64,000 nt of DNA, from NCBI RefSeq assembly GCF_009914755.1, contig NC_060932.1. The stretch is one strand, 5' to 3'. Below, piece after piece: positions 1-19,606 of this stretch; positions within the stretch are counted from its first letter, which is position 1; each line of letters begins with the position of its first letter. This DNA comes from the human T2T-CHM13v2.0 reference genome, Homo sapiens. The position numbers and the translations under genes are program-made. The notes below the pieces were generated by a model. That model worked only from the letters and a program-made list of their open reading frames with translations. It was not told the DNA's origin and searched no databases.

Positions 1-1630
1 GTTATACTGAAGTATACTTCATACAGGACCAAGAAAAATGCTTAAATTTTTCCCCTTATATTATCACCTGTCACAATAATGAGTTGCTGCACTATCTGTC
101 TCCAAAAGTTGCTCTGATGGGTGAGAAACTCAAGTTGCCTTCTGTATCGTTTTTGGCAAAGTGAAGATGCTGTGGGCTCATCATGAACATTTCTTCTCCC
201 AGACCTAGAGTCAGCCATTTCTCTGAAGGGTGCTTGTTCTTTTCCAAAATAACAATACCAGTACTGTTACTAAGATTATTGAATGCAGGTTAAATTTTTG
301 TTTTTGTTTTTTACAGTTCTGTTGTCTTTAGGATATGACATGCCAGAATATACTGTTGTTTTTTTAATCTCTCCAAATAATTTTTCTCTGGGTGTTGATA
401 TAACTTAGAATATACAGGTTTATTTATTTTCAAAGCAGTCCATTTTCCCTGAATTTTAAAGACTGCTTTTTCTTTTCTTCTTTATTTTTAAATTATCCAA
501 CGTTTTTATATGGCTCCATAGTCAAAACTAAGATACGTTCAGAAAAGTTTTGCTTCCATCCATATCTGCTCCACCTAGTTCTTTCACCCTACAGATACCC
601 ATTTTTGTTTTTGGTTTAGCCCTCCATTATTTCTTTTCTTTAAATATTTTATGAATATCTGTACACACATATACATAAACACACATAAACATATCTATAA
701 CTCTTACTGTGACAGCCACACATCTGTAAGCTAAATAGTCACAGAGGTTAAAACGGAGTTGTTGTGACTGCTTATGTGCCGTGTCTTACTGGTCCTACAG
801 TAACTGACATTATACACTAGCAGAGACTGTTTATCTTGTAGAGTCTTGGGAGATTTTACTGGCTACATTTTGGCCAACACATCCTTGGAATCATGCACTG
901 ACCTGGTCTAAAGCTGACTAGAGGAAAAAGCCAAAATGTTACAGTAACTACTCTGGCCTCTTTTCAGCTCTGTTTCCCTCTTATCAATACATACAATGAA
1001 ATGACTAGGAAGAAATTCTTCTCATGCTACCTTGTCTGTGAACTTGTACTTGTCTGAATTTACTATAGTACTAGTGTGTTCAACATTATGCTTGGAAGAA
1101 ATAAATAGCTTAAATTTTACATATCAGTAAGTCTGGTTCCTATCAGGGAAATTTAAGAAATAAGTGATATTCTCAAGCAATTAAGTTAAACAGAATTAAG
1201 AACAAGAAAAAAATACTTAACTATATTACTGCTGTCCTATTTTAAGAAACCTAAGCTGAATAAGCTCCTTAGTTTCATACATTGTTCTTTACCTGAGTTA
1301 AGTTGACTTTATTTTTAATTTCAGGTCACTGTATAACTGTGAACACTTCCCCACGGTTGTGATTTTTAAAGAAAGTAGATATATCGATATATCCATTGGA
1401 CCAAAATTTACTTTTACAGATTCTGTCAAGAATATATTACAGACTGCTCTATGTTCCATTGTGGTTGATGTTTTATTTGATTTTAAGGTTAAAACTGGCA
1501 GCCTTAGGTGTATATGTAAAAATTATTTAGAACCCTATCAGTTAACTAAAGCTGAAAAATTGTAAATAGTTGTCATGGAGAAAAACTCGATGTCTGATAT
1601 TTATTGACATTTTTTCTTTTGTGTTTCTAG

Positions 1631-1758
1631 TGTGTCACAACTCACAGATATGAATGAACAAGAGGAGGTATTACTAGAACAGTTTCTGACTTTGCCTCAA
1701 CTAAAACAAATTATTACCGACAAAGATGACTTAGTAAAAAGTATTGAGGAACTAGCAA
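1631..1758 (+). CDS. VPS37A: VPS37A internal coding exon (128 nt): (S)VSQLTDMNEQEEVLLEQFLTLPQLKQIITDKDDLVKSIEELA(R)
   Basis: ttctag acceptor and gtatgt donor; open frame continues into the next exon; peptide recognised as VPS37A. Confidence 0.95.
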
Positions 1759-1841
1759 GTATGTTTTCCCTCTCCTGAGCACACATTTCCTGAAAAAAAT
1801 CTCATCTTTACCTAGAAGTAAACTAGAGATTTATCTTACAG

Positions 1842-1900
1842 GAAAAAATCTCCTTTTGGAGCCCAGCTTGGAAGCCAAAAGACAAACTGTTTTAGATAAG
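1842..1900 (+). CDS. VPS37A: VPS37A coding exon (59 nt): (R)KNLLLEPSLEAKRQTVLDK
   Basis: ttacag acceptor, gtgagt donor, phase-compatible with neighbours. Confidence 0.95.
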
Positions 1901-1977
1901 GTGAGTTAGTGATAATTTTGAAGAAATTTACATAATTTAAAAATAGAATAAAACAACCTTTTCATTTTCTCTTTTAG

Positions 1978-2046
1978 TATGAATTACTTACACAGATGAA
2001 GTCCACTTTCGAAAAGAAGATGCAAAGGCAGCATGAACTTAGTGAG
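1978..2046 (+). CDS. VPS37A: VPS37A coding exon (69 nt): YELLTQMKSTFEKKMQRQHELSE
   Basis: Pyrimidine tract plus ttttag acceptor, gtaaga donor. Confidence 0.95.
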
Positions 2047-2749
2047 GTAAGACTGTTTATTTTTTTCCCTTTGCCATAGATTTTTTTTTTAATCTTATGT
2101 GCATGAGTCCTGATCTCACTTTCATTATCATCAGAAACCATTTATGAGGTATCTGACCTTATAAGACATGATACCTTTAAACGTGGATGAACAGCTCTCA
2201 GTGATGAGGCATCATACATTATTTGTGCTCATATAAGAGCGTATTTGTTTCTAAAACAGAAAATTATGACAGGCCCTGACACATAACTTTTCTGGGTAAG
2301 TTATGAAACCATTGTAACACTTGTAGTGAAACCTAGCAATAACAACAAAAACTTTCGACTCACTTGTAAGCTTATCTACAAATACCTTAAATGAAAAGTT
2401 CGCAAATTAAAAAGAATAATATATGAAAAATATATAGTATTATCTGCTACAAATAAGTTTTATGCTAGAAATCCAGTTATGTGAAAATCAAAAGAATTTT
2501 ATAAAATTCAACCTATATTTCTGAAAAAAAAGGAATCTTTGAAAAGGAACCAGAGGACATAATCTTTGTATCATACCAATAACAACCTCATAGTTAATAT
2601 TCTGTTTCCTGTAAAATTAGGAACTTTGGGTAAAGTCAATGAAATAAAACATAAAATAGACATAAACCAACAACAGCAAAAAAGATGGTAAAGGAGAATA
2701 TAAATTTATAATGAATTTCAGATAATACGGTCATTTGTCAGAATAAAGA

Positions 2750-2970
2750 AATAATAGCTAACATTGAGCAATTAATATGTCTTGCACCGCATGAAGCTAT
2801 TTACGTATATTGGGCCATTATTACACCAAATCCTATGAAATAGGTATTGTTACTTTTTCCCATTTTACATTTTACAGATAGGGAAACTGAGGCACAGGGA
2901 GATTAAATAAATTTCTTGAGGTCATACAAGTAGAAACATTAGTTAGGAGTGTAACCTAAGCAGTCCTCCT
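2750..2970 (-). mobile_element. MIR
   Basis: MIR core ttttacagatagggaaactgaggcacaggga...aggtcataca. Confidence 0.75.
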
Positions 2971-3279
2971 TCACAGAAAATCTGTGAGACTCAACTGAAG
3001 TACTGTTAGATATATACTGGACCTTAGTAAATGTTGAAGAAGCTTTCATAGTACTCAACATCATTCTTTATACAAACTCTTAGTAAACTAAAAATAGAAA
3101 TTTCTTATTTGAAAAAGAATACTAGAAACCAGCAGTAAACCTCACAATTACTACACATTTCTAGGATCCCATTAATGTTAGGAATAAGAGAGTAATGCCT
3201 CATGATCACTGCTGTTTAACGTTGTTTGGGAGGTTTTGAGTACTGCAAGACCAAAAAAAAGTGGTATAACATAAAAAGA

Positions 3280-4330
3280 AGAAATGAAACAGTTGTTTAC
3301 CAAAAATAAACAATCAAAAATTCTAGAGAACTGAGAAATTTTTTCCTGTTTGCTCCAGCAATTACTACTGCAAAATGAAGTACAGAAAACAACTCATTTA
3401 CCATAGGAACAAAATTGTAAAGTACTTAGAAGTAAACCCAATGAAGTAAGTTAGGAAACTTTATTGAATGCCATAAAAGAAGAGCTGAGTTTTGTATTTT
3501 CTAAGACTATTTAGAGCAGCATAGAATATTCATTGAATGAAAGATCCATTATTAAAAAGATTTCATTCTCCCCAAAATAACTTAGAAATTGAATACAGTT
3601 CTTATCAAAATGCCAAGAATATTTTTTTTATCTTAACAGTTTATTCTAAAGTTCATCTGAAACTTTATTTTTCAGATGGGTAGTCAGGAAGAGCTTGAAC
3701 AAAAAGAAAAAATGAAAAAAACTCCCTTTCCCAGTATCAGAATACACTGTAAATCCTCATTATTTAAAACAGTATAGTAGTTTTATAGGAAGAGAAAATT
3801 ATTTCTATGGAACAGACTATGTAGTTCAAAAATAGACTTGTGTATGTGAATAATCAGTTGGAAAAAATTGAGGATTCAATAAATTATAAAATTGGTTATT
3901 TAGTATCCATTTAGAAAAAGGTTAGATCATTGTATCATACAATACACAGAAAGTTTATTACAGATAAACTGCTTCAGCGGAAACCATAAAACGTCAACTA
4001 GCTTCTAGGATTTTTTCTTTAAGATTATGGTGGGAAAAGCCTTTCTTAGCATAATAAAACAGATATGAGCATAAAGGAAAAACTCGACATATTTACCTCT
4101 ACAGATTGAAAACTCAGATATATTAAAAAATCATGAAATCAAAATTGAAGTTAAAAAAAGGGTACAGATATTTTTAGCCTATACAACAAATACTAATGCC
4201 AGTGGTCTATTGGAAAAGGAAACAACAGGAAACTGACAAAAGGAGAAATATAAATGTCCAATAAAGATTCTGCTTTAACAGTTATTCTGATCCTTAAACA
4301 TTCATATAAGAATTGCTGGAAGTGACTCTT
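3280..4330 (+). mobile_element. Highly degraded L1M ORF2 relic
   Basis: A-rich strand with L1-like phrases (tggaacagact, attcaataaat, attctaaagttcatctga); boundaries approximate. Confidence 0.5.
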
Positions 4331-4348
4331 CAAACACTTAAAAAAAAG

Positions 4349-4368
4349 ACACACACACACACACACAC
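4349..4368. repeat. (AC)n microsatellite
   Basis: About 10 AC units. Confidence 0.9.
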
Positions 4369-4765
4369 AAAACAATGATTCCTAGGCTTCTTTCTAGATG
4401 TTCTCAGTCAAAATTTTCTGGGGATGATGAATCTTCTGCGCTCTTACATATGGAAACCACTTCATTAGACCATTGGTTCCGTGATGGAGGAATCTGTTCT
4501 GTTTCATTTCTACTGTACACCTAATATCTGGTTCAGTGGTTGGCACATAATAGGTACTCAATAAATATTTAATGAATAAATAACTGGAAACTTTGGAAAA
4601 TATGTTCAACTTTACTGTAATTTTTTAAAAAGCCAAATAAAACATCCATGTGAGCCATATTTGTGAAGATAGATAACCAGTTTTGGCAAGGGCAATGAGA
4701 AAATGGTGCATTACAGTTCATTTTTATTTATGAGTCACAAAGAGATACTACCCCACATGCATTAG

Positions 4766-5071
<306 letters not shown>

Positions 5072-5084
5072 TAAAAAATCATTT

Positions 5085-5655
5085 TAGTGCCTAGATTTAG
5101 GTCTTTGATCCATTTGGAATCAATTTTGTATTTAAGTAAGGTAAGGGTCCAACTTTTTTCCTTTGCCTGTCGATAATCCAGTTTTTTCCAGCACCATTTG
5201 TTGAAAAGATTCCTTTCCCCATTAACTGGACTGGGCTCCCTGGTTGAAAATCATTTGGCCATATGTGTGAGGGTTTATTTCTGGGCTGTCTATTCTGTTC
5301 CATTGTTCTTTATGTTTTTATGCCAGTACCACAGTTTTGATTACTGTAACTTTGTTAGTAACTTGACATGAGGAAATATTAATCATCTTTAAGATTGTTT
5401 TGGCTATTTGGGGTCTCTTGAGATTCCGTATGAATTTTAGGATAGGTTTTTCTATTTTTGCAAAAAATGCCCTTGAGATTTTGATAGGGATTGCATTGAG
5501 TCTATAGGTTGCTTTGATTAGTAATGTCTTCTTAAGAATATTAAATCTTTCAACCCATAAACATGGGATGTCTTCCAGTAATTTATGTCTTCAATTTCTT
5601 ATAGCAGTGTCTACAGTTTTCTGTTTATCAGTCTTTCACTGCTTTAGTGAAATTT
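5085..5655 (-). mobile_element. Old L1 (L1M-type) ORF2 fragment
   Basis: Resembles L1 ORF2 3' half; ORF 5097..5303 is a frameshifted ORF2 relic. Confidence 0.75.
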
Positions 5656-6075
5656 AATCCCATCATTTTTGCCTTATTCTATTGAAATGAGTCGTCAGGT
5701 TCAGCCCACACTCAATGGTGGGATTATGCAAGGGCAGGAATACCAGGAGGTGAGGTCATTAGTGGAGCGTCTCCTTAGCATATATCTACCACAGTGATTT
5801 AATTCGTAAATCCTTAGGAGAGAACAATGATTTTCCCAGTTTCTCTCATTTAATAGTTTGCAGCCAATAGATTAGTTTCTCTTGAGTTAGGTGTCTACCC
5901 CTATCCAAAAGCTAAGGACCTGGGTGGGGCATTATAAGACAGCAGATTTTCTCAAAAAGAGGCTATATAGGGCATATAATAAATTGCCTCTCCATACCAC
6001 TACCTTACTTCCTTTCCCTGTGAGGAGTTCTTGTGAGTATCATAAATTAAAGTAGTGCCTGATTTTCTTTTTCAG

Positions 6076-6219
6076 AGCTGTAGTGCAAGTGCCCTTCAGG
6101 CAAGATTGAAAGTAGCTGCACATGAAGCTGAGGAAGAATCTGATAATATTGCAGAAGACTTCTTGGAGGGAAAGATGGAAATAGATGATTTTCTCAGTAG
6201 CTTCATGGAAAAGAGAACA
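6076..6219 (+). CDS. VPS37A: VPS37A coding exon (144 nt), Mod(r)/VPS37 C-terminal domain: SCSASALQARLKVAAHEAEEESDNIAEDFLEGKMEIDDFLSSFMEKRT
   Basis: tttcag acceptor, gtatgt donor; contained in ORF 6055..6258; typical VPS37 C-domain sequence. Confidence 0.96.
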
Positions 6220-6329
6220 GTATGTAATACTCGTCAGTTGAGGACAAGTATTGGATAAAGTTTGGTATTTTTATAGAGGAGGAGAAGCACTGGGTGTTAG
6301 CTATTTCTCTATTATGATATCATCCCCCT

Positions 6330-6661
6330 TTTTTTGTACAATATATTTACCTGAAAGGAAGGTTTCTATTCCTTGGGTGTGGACTTGGGCAAAAACCAGG
6401 TTCCTGGAACTTAAAACTTTGAAGGTCTGTCATAGGACTCTGGACAGCCACACACCTTAGCTATTCCCAGGGGACCCCAGGGGGGCAACTGCCATTGCTC
6501 TAAGATGTCCTTTTGATGTGACTTGAGATATAAATGAGAGTGAGGGCCTGTACGTGTGGCTATTTCCTGTCTGGTATGTCAGAGGAACAGTCCTGGTCAG
6601 AAGGGGGCTCTTCTGAGCAGAAATTGCTAATAAACTTTGTGCTGATCTGGAAAAAAAAAAA
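6330..6661 (+). pseudogene. Probable processed retrocopy of an unidentified mRNA 3' end; 5' boundary uncertain
   Basis: GC-richer block ending AATAAA (6629-6634), 16 nt, then A11; no resemblance to Alu or L1. Confidence 0.55.
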
Positions 6662-7603
6662 TTTTTTTTTTGACAGCATAGTATCAAATTACTTTAGCAT
6701 ACTCATGAGTGAAAAACATTAGCACATTACTGAACTGGAGTTTTGAGTGCTGTGAGAGGAACCTGAAAAGCCTCTTGAGAATAATAGCAGCATCTTCCTA
6801 TCACTTTAGACTTGCTTTTTCTGAGTATACAAGCAGGTAAATCAAATAGTTGTTTCAGAAATGGTAGTATCTGTATCATTCTGTAATACAGCTGATAAAT
6901 CTAGTCCTAATAGTTGAAATAGACTCCTCAATGACTTGTTTTACCACTTGTTGAAAGAAAGAATAACGTACAGGGATTATAGAATACATTTTTAAAAATT
7001 GAGAAACAGTTTCTGTTCTGTTCTGATATTTCTGTTGTATTTAAAGAAAAATCCAAAAAAGTCTGCTTAATAGTTTCTTGCCTTTTAATACAGTCCAAAA
7101 TATTTACCTAATTTGTCTGAAATAATCACATTTTAAAAATAGTATTTTGTTAGTAAACTTTATGAAACATCTGTGAGACATACACACACACATACACACA
7201 CTCCTGTTAAGGCAGATGAGGTGGATTTTATCATTCCCATTTTTCATGAGAGGAAATTGAAGTTCAGAGATGTTAGTGACTTACTTATGGTTATAGTGTT
7301 AGTAAGGCATTGATTTCTGCTCCATTATTCTTCAATGCTGTGTAACTGTGCCTTGAAGCTTGTATCTGTTAATCTTCCTGCTTAACAGTAGCAGAATTTA
7401 CGTCCATTTTTTTAAACATAGATATTTAAAGTTAGATAATTGATATAAAGGATCAGTGTTTTTTACATTCTAGAAGCTTGTAGGCGAAGGCTGTCTTCCA
7501 AGCAAGAGCGTTTTTTTGTTTTTTTGGTTGTTAAATTCTTAGCTGTCGTCAACATTAGCTATCTTCAACATTCAATTATTAGATTACTACCTAATTCAAA
7601 ATG

Positions 7604-7784
7604 AATTGGTGTCATGTGATCCTCTGCCCAGTCGACTGGGCTGAGGGAGTGGATTATGAGAAGGGAGCATGAGAGGTTCCCTAAAACAGGGACTGGGGTG
7701 CAGGAAAGAAGATGACAGGCATGTCTCATGTCCCATTCAAAGTATTATCTGCTCCTTGTACCATTAGTGCTAATGAAATGAATT
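7604..7784 (+). repeat. Copy 1 of a ~180-bp local direct duplication
   Basis: Aligns by eye to 9461-9636; core 74/75 identical. Confidence 0.95.
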
Positions 7785-7949
7785 TGCTCATAATTTGATA
7801 ATTTTAGCTATTAGATTATTAGCTATCTTCAACATTCAAAACATAAAATAATGCCAACAAGTTAAAAGCTTCCTGTCATACTGTTGGAAGTAAAGTAGTA
7901 GGCATATCTTTGTAAAAGTGACTGGTATTTTCAAAAATTTATTTTCTAG

Positions 7950-8030
7950 ATTTGCCACTGTAGAAGAGCCAAGGAAGAGAAACTTCAGCAGGCGATAGCA
8001 ATGCACAGCCAATTTCATGCTCCACTATAG
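7950..8030 (+). CDS. VPS37A: VPS37A last coding exon (81 nt): ICHCRRAKEEKLQQAIAMHSQFHAPL*; the stop TAG is the last 3 nt of the exon
   Basis: ttctag acceptor; TAG|gtaaat donor. Confidence 0.95.
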   Translation: MCHCRRAKEEKLQQAIAMHSQFHAPL

Positions 8031-8995
8031 GTAAATTGTATTTCAAGTTTGAGTCTCAAGGTGATTGCATCAGTGTTCTTTAAATAGACATGTTGTTAAC
8101 GGTGCCTGTTCATCAGCCTTAAGCATAATTCTGTCATTATAGTTACTGTGCTATGTAACATAGAATGCTTTGTATTATATAATAAGCATAATATAAACAT
8201 ATAACTAGTAGAAATCTTTTGGATATTTTCTGTGATCTTGGCATGAATGAGATTTTTTTAACATTAGCTGCTAATGTAGAATTGTAAGTTATAGTCAGTT
8301 CCTTTCTCTCACCTGGTGTGTAGAGTATACCTTGTCATGTGGCTAACATTTCTCAGAAGGCTCCTTTGTCATTTCTTCCTTTAAAGTGAACTTCCAGCCA
8401 GTCTCTTTCTCTATCCCACACCACGATTACTCTAATAATTCACCTGTCCCCACGACTTGAGGGTTCTCTTCCTATGCAGCACTGATAGAATGATCTTCCT
8501 AAAATACCACTTTTATGATAAAATTTGCTCTACTCCAGAACCTGTAATTAATCGCTAGTAATGACAGTATCCATGCCAAATTCCTCTGCTTTTAAGATTT
8601 CCATAATCTTGCATATATTTCAGATCATCCATTTTAACTTTGCATTTTCCCCTTACATTGCGTTGTCTTACATGGCACATTCTTTCTTCTACCACGGTAT
8701 CTTTGGCCGTGCTTGTACCTGATGTTAAGATGCCTTTCCTTTTCCTCTGCATCTGTTTTGTTTTAGGAATGATTTGTTTGCAAGAATAGTTCCCACCCCA
8801 ACAAACTTAAGTAAAAGCTTATGTTATTTGATAGGACAGGGATTTATTATAGAGTAAAAATGAAGGAAAGTACAGTCACCTGAGACTGAAAACAGCCACT
8901 CAGTGACCAAAACAGCTCTTCTCACACCTTTTTTGAGGCTGCTTGTTTGGTTGTTTCTTATTTCTGCATCTCTATTCTTTTTTAAAATTTTTTCT

Positions 8996-9303
<308 letters not shown>

Positions 9304-9460
9304 TTACTAGCCCTTCACGTATTCCTGATTATATCATCTGACAGTTCAGACAGCCGATGGAGATAAACAAGAGTCCCTGGAGTTCTAGAACATTCCCTGG
9401 AAGAGTAACTGACCCAGTATGGGCAAGCTATCCATCCTACTGTAGTCAGTTTGGCCTGGA

Positions 9461-9636
9461 AATTGGTATCCTGTGGTCCTCTGCCCAGTCGACTGGGCTG
9501 AGGGAGTGGATTATGAGAAGAGAGCATGAGAGGTTCCCTAAAACAGGGACTAGGGTACAGGAAAAGAAATGACAGGCGTTTCTCATGTCCAGTAAACTAT
9601 TTCTGCTCCTTGTAACATTAGTGCTCACAATGAATT
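9461..9636 (+). repeat. Copy 2 of a ~180-bp local direct duplication, possibly within an MLT1-type LTR relic at about 8760-9640
   Basis: Aligns to 7604-7784; the LTR assignment is tentative. Confidence 0.9.
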
Positions 9637-9827
9637 GTTTTATGTGTTACTTTCCAAATCATACTATAAATTCCTTAAGGGTAGGGGCTGATTTTTGATA
9701 CCAACTTTGCATATCTGCCAGCTTAAGAAGAAGTAGACACAGAGTAGTTGCTCATTTATATGAACATACTCAAATCCGTTCCTTACCTCTATTCCCTCAT
9801 AGTCAAGTTATTTTATAGGAAAATCTT

Positions 9828-16499
<6,672 letters not shown>

Positions 16500-17140
16500 T
16501 GTGGGCAAATCTTAATTGGAAGATAATGTAAAGAGATACATATTCATCTTCTTAAATATTAGAGGTATTTTTTATTGTTTTCTTTCTAGATTTTCCTGGA
16601 AACATGAACTGCCAAGAGAGGAATGGGACACAAAACCAAACACTGTTTTATATTTATGGTTTGCAAACTGGCATTTCATCAGTGGCTAAATTCACAGATA
16701 TCCTATATAGATTGTATACAGAACTGAGACTGATTTTGTACCGATTAGAATGATTGCTATGATCTTTGAGAAATTTTTCTGCACTATTTGCACTGAAATG
16801 TTTATTTATTGTTGATAAATTGTATCATATTTAAGTTCCACTGCTGTTCCTCTTACCTTGATTAAATGCCTATGCATGTACTTTTAGCTAGTTTTTAATA
16901 TTTTATAAAACTTCATTTAAATTTGTATTTTTAACTTGAAGTTCCATTTCGTTATCAAGGATGGTATTTAGATTTTTTTCCTCTTAACCTTTTTTCAAAA
17001 ACTATTTTCAACTGTGAGGAAACCCTTATTTTTCTTTCTTTGTGGATAAAACTTTCAAAAGCAATTTAAGATATTCATAGTGTTAGGAAACACCAAACCT
17101 GCCTATGTGCCATCTCACAAAAGAAACTTTTAATACCTAC

Positions 17141-17159
17141 AATAAATCAAAAGAATAAA
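17141..17159 (+). terminator. Tandem proximal poly(A) signals of VPS37A
   Basis: AATAAA at 17141-17146 and 17154-17159 followed by a U/GU-rich tract. Confidence 0.55.
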
Positions 17160-18414
17160 CCAGCTGTTCTTATATATTGTTTCATTTTTAAAACTAAAGA
17201 TGCATTTAAGAAGCAATACAAGTAAATATTTTACCTAATAGGAAAAAAAAAAGTTGCCTTTCATTTAAACCATTCCAACAGAAATTCTTATGCTAATTTA
17301 AAACATATATATATCTGGTAGGTTTGTGGTTGGATAGGTTTTCTAAATTCCTAATGTTAAAAACAATCTTTATGTTAATATACACTAAATCTATACACAA
17401 AAAAAGTCAATGAACTTTTCTGACCTTTACTGTGAGTTACCTTTTCCTAAGAGGAAAGCTATAGTAATAAGTAAAATTTAATTTTTAGGCAATCCTGATT
17501 TTTAATGAATTTAATTGAGTGTTCTTGTATACTACATTGAGCAGTTTGCTTCTATACCGTGTCACAAAATTCATGTATTTCTTGAGAAGCCCTAAAAGCT
17601 CATAAAGGAAAATGCCGTGAACTATGTAGCTCAGGCTTGGTAAGGTGCCATCTAAATTACAAAACAAACTAATGCATAATTTTGCTTAAATTTCATCCCA
17701 GTATGATTGTCTTCCCAACACCAGCATATAGTATAGATTGTCTGTCTTTTTTATATTTTTTAGTTCTTCCTGTACATGTTTTTGGCAATAAAGTTATAGG
17801 AAGAACAAAATTATTTTGTTAGAATTAAAACATGCTTAATATTTAGTCTGTTTGTGGAGGGCAGGTATTCACGTGGACTGAGATACAATGTTGGATACAG
17901 AAAATAACTTTCATTGTCTTCCTGACACTGTGCTAAGGACATGCTGTTAAAGCTTCAAAGTGACCAGATGAGGAAGGAATAATTAATTATTACTCCTGAT
18001 TTGTAGATAACTGAGGTAAGAGTGTTTCAAATTTATGATAGTCTTTTGGGTATTCAGAAACCTTTCCTTATACTGCACTGGCCACCAGAGCTTAATTTTC
18101 CCAGCAGTTACAGCAATGGGAGATAGAACAGTCTCAATCTTTTGCCAACCATCAGGTTCCTAGAAACCAGGTAGGTGTATCCCATAACAAGGGAGGAGCA
18201 TACCACAGCCCCTCATTTGATTAATTCATTTGATCTATCTATGTTATTAAGTACCTACTAGGAATAAGGCATTGTGGAAATACTATACAAAGATAAACAT
18301 TGTTTAGATGCTTATCTACTTTCCTTTTCACCAGAAAAACAGAAAAAAAAGAAACATTTTCTTACAGAGTAAAAATGTTCTACATAATCACATGAGTAGT
18401 TCATCTCAGTGTTT

Positions 18415-18420
18415 TTTATT
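18415..18420 (-). terminator. Candidate distal poly(A) signal of MTMR7
   Basis: TTTATT on + (AATAAA on -); U-rich downstream element on - at about 18334-18360. Confidence 0.55.
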
Positions 18421-19317
18421 CTTTAAAGTTGAACTATCCCAGTTTCATTCTATACCATTCATTGGATAACCTTGTTACAACCCAGTCATGAAACAGAGCA
18501 GTGTGATCAGTTATCTGCATTTAACAAATAGACAAATCAGTTTACATAAAGGTTATGTATGTCACCCACGATGAAAAGAATCTGCATTTGAATATGCCCG
18601 TATGAATGTGGGTTCTGTTTTTGCAACAGAGATTAAGTGACCATTTTTTCTAATTTTATGGCTATATATTTTCTTCATAAAAATTGGTCACATCGGAGAA
18701 GCAGTGCCACAGGAAAAATGAAATGCATGTGAAAGTTTGTATTCTGATTTTACAAGATGAGATAGAAATCAGAATTAAAGAGGAATACTTAGGAGTTACT
18801 AGGCTAATCAGTGTACGAATTTGTCATAGGTAGAGATTTAAAGGTTAATATCTTAAAATAGAAGAAAATTCTAAATCAATCAATCAGTGAGATATAAACT
18901 AAACAGACCCACTTCAAAGTTGAAAGAAATTTCTAGGCATAAATTGAGACTAGGAAATTTATATCAGAATAGAGGGTGCTTGACACATATATATGCTTAA
19001 ATTGAAGGACAGCTCAGATTCATTTTTAGGAGAAGAAAGTAAACTAATGTGCTCTTAAAGAATAAAAATTTATTCTATGGTTTCTGTCTCTGATCATCAC
19101 CTTCCATTCTATAAAAAGCTCAGTTACTGATTTGCTGGGTCATGGTCAAAATTCTTACCTATTTATTTCATATCAACTTTAAAAAATAAATTACTTGCAT
19201 TCTATATATTACTAATTGGGAAGTAATATGCCTCAAATCAGTTTTATACTGGATTATTCCCTATGCTTTAAACCACTGCTCTCAATAAAACACTTCCTGA
19301 TTAATGTTTGATTATTA

Positions 19318-19357
19318 GATATTTTAGTCTTGTTGGGGATATTTTAGTCTTGTTGGG
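19318..19357. repeat. Perfect 20-bp tandem duplication
   Basis: GATATTTTAGTCTTGTTGGG x2. Confidence 0.95.
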
Positions 19358-19600
19358 TTAGCCATGCTCTGAAGAATCTGTGAAAGTACAGTAAAGTTTT
19401 AATAAGCAATAAATGTAACCTTTTATATAAATCTCAGTGCTAGGTTAACTTCTAATAAGCAGACGAACATGTTACATAAATTATAATGTCTGTCTTGTAA
19501 AAAAGTTGAGGGGACTAAAAGTTTATGACTCTGATATGGAAGTTGTCATATTAAAAAACTACATTTTAAAACATCAAATATTTATACTATTTGCTTTTCA

Positions 19601-19606
19601 AATAAA
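19601..19606 (+). terminator. Candidate distal poly(A) signal of VPS37A
   Basis: AATAAA followed by tttgtcattttt and tgtttattgtttt downstream elements. Confidence 0.6.

Noticed and set aside
1759-1841. Possible U12-type intron (starts GTAT)
   Set aside because: Donor is GTATGTTT, not GTATCCTT, and there is no TCCTTAAC branch site.
7539-7839. Repeat-spacer-repeat pattern resembling a CRISPR array
   Set aside because: Only 2-3 irregular repeats in primate intron DNA with no cas genes; better explained by templated repair.
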